The position numbers were made by a program, and so were the translations under genes. A stretch of 64,000 bases of DNA from the NCBI GenBank assembly GCA_963749445.1, contig CAVVMJ010000010.1:43913-107912 (forward strand), given 5' to 3'. Below the pieces are notes generated by a model that did no database searches, was not told where the DNA came from, and saw only the letters and a list, made by a program, of their open reading frames with translations. Below are positions 58,537 to 64,000 of this stretch, piece by piece; within the stretch, counting starts at the first letter, position 1, and the number at the start of each line of letters is the position of its first letter. The stretch comes from an uncultured bacterium. Lineage in GTDB: Bacteria > Patescibacteriota > Doudnabacteria > UBA920.

Positions 58537-58610
58537 GCGGGATTAGTACAATGGCAGTATGAGACCTTCCCAAGGTTTAGACACGGGTCCGATTCCCGTA
58601 TCCCGCTCCA
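58537..58610 (+). tRNA. tRNA-Gly(CCC)
   Basis: GCGGGAT/ATCCCGC acceptor stem, AGACC-TTCCCAA-GGTTT, CCA; T-loop TCCGATT. Confidence 0.93.
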
Positions 58611-58655
58611 AGTTTCCAAATTAGACAATATAATAAGCAATTAAATTAAACTTAT

Positions 58656-58997
58656 ATGGAAGAACAATTCATAAAAAAACAAAATTTAAACTTAAAATCA
58701 ACAGGCAGCGTCACCAATCCTTTTAAAATAGCCTATTATTTTTTTGGGTACATCACACTAACACTCAATACATTTATAGTTTATTTGGTTTTGAGATACG
58801 GGGCTGATTATGTGAACAAAATTTTTTTGGTTTGCGTGATTATTTTAGAAATTTTTCTTCCGATATCGCTTTTCTTTAGACGAAAAATTCAGAATGTAAA
58901 ATACTTAAAATTTGTGGTGCTTGTTATTTTTATTGCTTCTCTAATTGGAGTATCATTGTTTATATATTCATACGCTACCTTCAAAATCCATTTTTAA
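58656..58997 (+). CDS. very AT-rich membrane hypothetical protein
   Basis: three TM helices; lies in a tRNA-flanked micro-island. Confidence 0.6.
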   Translation: MEEQFIKKQNLNLKSTGSVTNPFKIAYYFFGYITLTLNTFIVYLVLRYGADYVNKIFLVCVIILEIFLPISLFFRRKIQNVKYLKFVVLVIFIASLIGVSLFIYSYATFKIHF

Positions 58998-59090
58998 ATA
59001 ACGGCGTTTGAATTAACTATTTCCGTCCGAACATCGTTCCATAACCCGCTCCAAAAAATCACAATTGGTACCAATTGTGATTTTTTGTAA

Positions 59091-59711
59091 TCAATCTTCC
59101 ACCAAAGGCACAAAGGCAAAGCCCCAATGCTCGGCGGTGCGGAAATTATCTTTGCCGATTTTGTCCAGAACAACAACATTGTCTTTAACCGGAGCCACAA
59201 TCCGCCCGCCGATTTTTAATTGCTCTTTCCACGCCTGAGGAATCTCTTGTGCCGCGGCCGCGGCTATGATTTTATCAAACGGCGCGGCCGCGGCAAAACC
59301 TTTTGTCCCGTCGCCCAGCGCTATCGTAATATTCCGATGAAGCCCGGGATATTTGGCAACATTTTTTTCGGCCAACGACTTTAACTCCGCGACCCGTTCA
59401 ACCGCAAAAATTTTCCCCGTTTTGCCGGCCAAAGAACAAAGCAACGCGGTTTGCCAGCCGCTGCCAGCGCCGATTTCCAAAATTTTATCCCCTGCTCGAA
59501 CATCTAGCAAGCCCAACATAAACGCCACGGTATACGGCTGGGAAATCGTCTGGCCGAATCCGATGGGCAACGGGAAATTTTCGTAAGCTGAATCCCGCAG
59601 CTGGGGCGGCACAAAATCCGCGCGGTCCACCTTCGCCAAAGCTTTTGCCAAGCGCTTATCCTTAAGTACGCCCTGCGCCGTTAACTCATTTAATAATTGC
59701 TTTTTTGTCAT
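59091..59711 (-). CDS. pcm: protein-L-isoaspartate O-methyltransferase
   Basis: GQTISQP, LEIGAGSGW, APFDKI, FVPLV. Confidence 0.95.
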   Translation of the reverse strand: MTKKQLLNELTAQGVLKDKRLAKALAKVDRADFVPPQLRDSAYENFPLPIGFGQTISQPYTVAFMLGLLDVRAGDKILEIGAGSGWQTALLCSLAGKTGKIFAVERVAELKSLAEKNVAKYPGLHRNITIALGDGTKGFAAAAPFDKIIAAAAAQEIPQAWKEQLKIGGRIVAPVKDNVVVLDKIGKDNFRTAEHWGFAFVPLVED

Positions 59712-59758
59712 TTGTATGGAATAATCTAAAAGGCTCCAATCTATATTTTAAACCAATT

Positions 59759-61318
59759 ATGGCAAAAATCCAGCGCAAAATTCCGGCCACCATGGCTACA
59801 CAGCATCCTGACCACGCCGGCAAGCCGTTTTGGCATAAGGACAGTTTTATCCCCGCGACCGAGGAGGCCAGGGAGCTGTTTTTGTCGTTCGCCGATTTGG
59901 GAATTTCGGAATATATGTGGGACTGGGAAGGCAAGCTGGTTGACGAATCAATCCTGGAGCGCCTCTTTGGCGAACACTACCGTTTTTTCCAAAAACTTCC
60001 TTTGGGCAAAGAAAGGTTTTTGACGTTCCGCCTGCCCAACTCCAAAGTGGAAAACGAATTCCGCCTCGGCCGCGCCCTCATTGGCATGCTGTCCTCGGCC
60101 TCCATGGCCAAAAAGGTGGGTATGCACAGCCCGCCGATGTTTGAGGTGATTTTGCCGATGACGGAATCGGCGTCAGAAATGATAGACGTGCAGGAAGCCT
60201 TCGCGGAAATTACCGACTTAAAGCACCCGCTCAACAAATTCCAAAAAAACCTGCTGTCCCACATTTTGCTCATCCCGCTGTTCGAACAGGTTTCCACCAT
60301 CATCGGTTCCGATAAAATCCTCGGGTCATATTTAAAAAACCATAAAAAAAATTTTGGCTTTAACCCGCCGTATTTGCGCCCGTTTATTGCGCGTTCCGAT
60401 CCGGCGCTGAACTCCGGGCTGGTGCCCACGGTCTTGGCCGTCAAGATCGCGCTGTCGCGCTACCAAAAATTCGCGCGGCAACATAAAATTAATTTATACC
60501 CGATTATCGGCTGCGGCAGCCTGCCGTTCCGCGGCGGGCTGTATCCGCTCCGGCCGGAACGATTTTTGCGCGAATACCAAGGGATCAGGACAGCCACCAT
60601 CCAAAGCGCTTTTAGATACGACTACCCCAAAGCCACCGTCATCAAGGCGATTAAAACTTTGGAAAGGGGCTTGCCCAAAGGCAAGGCGGTTGAAATGACA
60701 ACCCGCGAAGAACAGGACTTGATTTTGGCAATAAAGCCGTTTGAGGCCGCTTACAAACACACTGTGGAGGGAATTGCGCCGTTGATTAACCATTTGGCGA
60801 CATTCATACCGCGCCGCCGCGAACGCGTGCAGCATATTGGGTTATTCGGATATTCCCGCGGCCACGGTAAAGTCAGCCTGCCGAGGGCCATTGGTTTTAC
60901 CGCGGCGCTGTATTCTTTGGGCGTGCCGCCTGAACTTATAGGCACCGGCCGCGGCTTGGCCTTGGCCAAAAAACAGGGGCGCGCGCATTTGGTGGAAAAG
61001 CATTATCTTAATTTCAAGCACGATGTGTATTTTGCCGGAAAATTTTTATACAAACCCGGCCTAGTCAGTTTGGCCAAAAAATTTCCGGCCTGGAATAACA
61101 TTTTGACCGACGTTGAAGAATTAGAAAAATACCTGGGTAAACCGTTTGCCCCCAAATATTTAAACGAGCAGGAACACCAGCTGGTTTCCGCGCGCATCCA
61201 CCAAAACCTAAAAAACCCGTCTCGACTCGGCAAGGCTTCTGTCCGATCCGAGGCGGGCGGCAAAAATCTTGCAAAATTAATTGAACAGGCCGCCGTTTTG
61301 CGGCATAGCATGGGGTAA
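59759..61318 (+). CDS. ppcA: archaeal-type phosphoenolpyruvate carboxylase
   Basis: IPATMATQHPD, MWDWEGK, ARSDPALN, GSLPFRGG, LPRAIGF. Confidence 0.93.
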   Translation: MAKIQRKIPATMATQHPDHAGKPFWHKDSFIPATEEARELFLSFADLGISEYMWDWEGKLVDESILERLFGEHYRFFQKLPLGKERFLTFRLPNSKVENEFRLGRALIGMLSSASMAKKVGMHSPPMFEVILPMTESASEMIDVQEAFAEITDLKHPLNKFQKNLLSHILLIPLFEQVSTIIGSDKILGSYLKNHKKNFGFNPPYLRPFIARSDPALNSGLVPTVLAVKIALSRYQKFARQHKINLYPIIGCGSLPFRGGLYPLRPERFLREYQGIRTATIQSAFRYDYPKATVIKAIKTLERGLPKGKAVEMTTREEQDLILAIKPFEAAYKHTVEGIAPLINHLATFIPRRRERVQHIGLFGYSRGHGKVSLPRAIGFTAALYSLGVPPELIGTGRGLALAKKQGRAHLVEKHYLNFKHDVYFAGKFLYKPGLVSLAKKFPAWNNILTDVEELEKYLGKPFAPKYLNEQEHQLVSARIHQNLKNPSRLGKASVRSEAGGKNLAKLIEQAAVLRHSMG

Positions 61319-61543
61319 AATATGCATAAAGAACATCACATGACAGATCCCGCACTTGATGAAGATCCATTAATTGATCCACCTAACCAAGTACCTAACG
61401 TTGATGTGAGGCACAACCCATTAATTGAAAACATGCCGGACGACACCCGAATGGATAAGACTTTATTAAAAGACAAACATAATTATACAAAAAAGTAAAT
61501 TTATGCTGCCTTATCCTATGTAAATTTTTGATATAATTCCATC

Positions 61544-62491
61544 ATGAGCTTATTAATCGTCGGTAGCGTGGCGTTTGACAGCATTGAGACGCCGTTTGGG
61601 AAAATTAAAAAAGCTTTGGGCGGCAGCGCCAGCTATTTTTCTTTGGCTGCTTCGTTTTTTGCGCGGCCGAGCGTAGTCGGCGTGGTCGGAAAGGATTTTG
61701 CCGATATTTATCGGCAACCGCTAAAAAAGAAAAACATTGACCTCTCGGGCCTGGAGCAAACAGCGGGAAAGACTTTTGCCTGGGGCGGCAAGTACAGTTT
61801 TGATTTGAACAACCGCGAAACCCTGTTTACCCATTTAAACGTTTTTGAAAATTTCAAGCCAAAACTTTCGGCCGGCCACAAAAACGCATCTTATATTTTT
61901 TTGGGCAACATCCACCCGGCGCTGCAGCTTGAAGTTTTATCGCAAATAAAAAAACCAAAACTCGTAGGGCTGGACACGATGAATTTATGGATAGAAAAAA
62001 CGCCCAAGGAACTGGCTAAAATTTTAAAACTGGTTGATGTTTTTGTGATTAACGATTCCGAGGCGCGGGAACTGTCGGGGGAACATAATTTGGTGAAAGC
62101 CGCAAAGAAAATCATCGCGATGATGGACACAACCTCTCCCCAGCCCTCCCCTCAAAAGGGGAGGGAGACTGCAACGCTGATTATCAAGCGCGGGGAATAT
62201 GGGCTGCTGCTGTTTAAAGGCCGCGATGTGTTCCATCTGCCGGGATATCCCTTAGAAGACGTGATTGACCCCACCGGCGCGGGCGACAGCTTTGCCGGAG
62301 GGCTGATGGGCTTTTTAGCCAAAACTGAAGACCTAAGTTGGGGCAATTTAAAACGAGCCTGCGTGGCAGGCTCGGTCATGGCCAGTTTTTGCTGCGAGCG
62401 GCTGGGTACCCAAAGGTTGCAGGAAATATCGCCGGGTGATATAAAACGGCGGTTCAAAGAATTTAAACGGTTGACGCACTTTGATAACTAG
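61544..62491 (+). CDS. PfkB family carbohydrate kinase
   Basis: GSVAFD, GGSASY, NDSEA, DPTGAGDSFAGG. Confidence 0.93.
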   Translation: MSLLIVGSVAFDSIETPFGKIKKALGGSASYFSLAASFFARPSVVGVVGKDFADIYRQPLKKKNIDLSGLEQTAGKTFAWGGKYSFDLNNRETLFTHLNVFENFKPKLSAGHKNASYIFLGNIHPALQLEVLSQIKKPKLVGLDTMNLWIEKTPKELAKILKLVDVFVINDSEARELSGEHNLVKAAKKIIAMMDTTSPQPSPQKGRETATLIIKRGEYGLLLFKGRDVFHLPGYPLEDVIDPTGAGDSFAGGLMGFLAKTEDLSWGNLKRACVAGSVMASFCCERLGTQRLQEISPGDIKRRFKEFKRLTHFDN

Positions 62492-62498
62492 CAAACCC

Positions 62499-62645
62499 GC
62501 GGAGCACTCCCCTCCTTTTTTGAGGTCTTGATGAGCACAAAGGAGGGGTGGCTCGCGCAGCGAGACGGGGTGGTATTTATCGTTGATTCTACCACCTCCC
62601 CCCGCTTCGCGGGGTACTCCTCCTTTTCAGGAGGAGAGGCTCCGC
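62499..62645. repeat. intergenic bipartite multi-hairpin element
   Basis: first ~78 bp identical to 63404-63481 and near-identical to 38171-38248. Confidence 0.9.
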
Positions 62646-62687
62646 AATTATTCTATGACAAAGGGCGGCCAATGGCCGCCCTATACG

Positions 62688-63362
62688 TCACCGGCTATTA
62701 GTTTCTCCGTTCAGCCAGCTATCCATCGTGGTGGGGTTAAAATTATAGGTTCGGCCGCCAAGGTGGCCGGACACGGGTACGCGGAACAGCCAGAGTACAA
62801 AGGCGGCTAAAATCAGCAGCATCAAAATTACGCTGATAATGGGGACTGGTGCATATATCTGTTGGTGGATAAATCAAAATCGCCTGTAGCTACAGGCGAT
62901 TTTGTGTATTTTTTCGTTACTAATTTCGTTTATGAAATCAGTTTTGCTTTTATGCTAATCAGTTAATCATCAAGCGCCGGTAAACATTAACGTTTATCGA
63001 TAATTTTGCCGTTTATCGATTAACTTTACCAACAGGTTAGTGCAGCAGTCCCTGATAATGCGGGCAAAAATTCCGGCGCGCGACAGAATGGACAGGCCCA
63101 AAAAAATTATCAGCACCGGCCAAACGTGGGAGAAAAACTGTCCCCACTCAAAACCGGTCACGTAGCCCAATGAGCGGGCCAAAAATGCCAGGCCGATCAT
63201 AATAATTATCATTCCCCAAAACAAGTGCCCGAACCAATGACCGTGGTAATGATCGTGGCGATGGTAATGCAAATCTTTAAATTTATCCCTTTGCTGCTGC
63301 TCGGGCGTGGGTTGGGTCGGCGTGGGCTGATGAATATTTGGATTCGTTTGATTGTTTTCCAT
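62688..63362 (-). pseudogene. LiaF/DUF5668-like membrane protein gene interrupted by a MITE
   Basis: FWGMIIIMIG, WPVLIIFLG; removing the MITE and one target copy restores ..ARIISVILMLLI..GETNSR*. Confidence 0.8.
62842..63052. mobile_element. 211-bp MITE
   Basis: 25-bp imperfect IRs GGGACTG.TGCA...A.CTGTTGGT; 8-bp target duplication TGATAATG (62834-62841, 63053-63060). Confidence 0.92.
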
Positions 63363-63403
63363 AAGATTATAAATAGTTTTTATACTACGGTTTTAAGGAA
63401 TAT

Positions 63404-63560
63404 CGCGGAGCACTCCCCTCCTTTTTTGAGGTCTTGATGAGCACAAAGGAGGGGTGGCTCGCGCAGCGAGACGGGGTGGTATTATCATAGCGAGTATTTA
63501 TACCACCTCCCCCCGACAAGTCGGGGTACTCCTCCTATGATAGGAGGAGAGGCTCCGCGG
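63404..63560. repeat. intergenic bipartite multi-hairpin element
   Basis: same family as 62499-62645. Confidence 0.9.
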
Positions 63561-63561
63561 A

Positions 63562-64000
63562 CTACCTATGGCTCCCGCCGCGCGACAAAATCGCGATTCC
63601 CAAAACGATTATCAGCACCGGCCAGAGCACGTTCCAGCCAATCCAGGGCTGCGGGAACAACTGGTTCATTAAAGCCACGGCGCCGACAATTACAACAATC
63701 AACCCAAACCACAAACGGCGGTTTTGGCGCCTTTTTTCCCAATCGATATTTTTAACTTCACCCCTCACTTCGCCGGCCCAGTGTTGGGCGCTGGCTCTTA
63801 CGTCGGCCACGAAATCGTGAAATTGCTCGCCGTGGTTAACGACTCCGGCGCCTGGCCTGCCAAAGGCTCTTTGGGAATAATGATCGCCAAAATAATATAC
63901 AGCCACGCTCCGCTGCCGCCGGCAAACAGCAAAACTAAAAAGATAATGCGGAAAATCAGCGCGTCCATGCTAAAATACTCGCCTAATCCCCCGCAAACCC
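63562..64000 (-). CDS. PspC-domain membrane protein, partial at the window edge; frameshift near 63865
   Basis: VCGGLGEYF..D..IFRI..LYIILAIIIP, then DUF5668-like WPVLIIVLG. Confidence 0.8.

Noticed and set aside
61322-61498. 52-58-aa acidic ORF after ppcA
   Set aside because: Open frame but no motif or clear translation signal; not enough support to call
12100-63880. Frameshifts near 12120, 17035, 22302, 28250, 29795, 41675 and 63865 as programmed recoding or pseudogenes
   Set aside because: Single-base indels, mostly in homopolymers, with one hitting essential aspS; assembly error is the simplest explanation (needs read check)

Overview
Chromosomal window from a small-genome bacterium, inferred to be Patescibacteria/CPR. 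The inference rests on gene content (archaeal-type PEP carboxylase, membrane H+-PPase, PaaX-like orphan, YprB-like exonuclease) and the scarcity of Shine-Dalgarno motifs. It holds housekeeping genes (aspS, hisS, mnmA, dus, rplJL, scpAB, lexA, lgt, rmlABD), three tRNAs, a sortase near a 1631-aa repeat surface protein ending in an APKTG-type sorting signal, one IS256-like element and one MITE with an 8-bp target duplication. The most striking feature is a dense set of short palindromic repeat families. Several are inserted in frame into conserved enzymes (Dus, MnmA, AspS, PfkB, YdcF, Lgt, PpcA). Two families tightly bracket small single genes: 36-bp GG|CC palindromes around a wHTH/Cas2-like PaaX-type gene, and inverted heptamer arrays around a four-helix-bundle gene. 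Both families also occur as empty copies elsewhere. Two ORF-free, hairpin-rich, terminator-bounded regions (about 545 and 455 nt) are candidate large ncRNAs. About seven single-base frameshifts, mostly in homopolymers, look like assembly errors. All calls are by eye; no database search was run.
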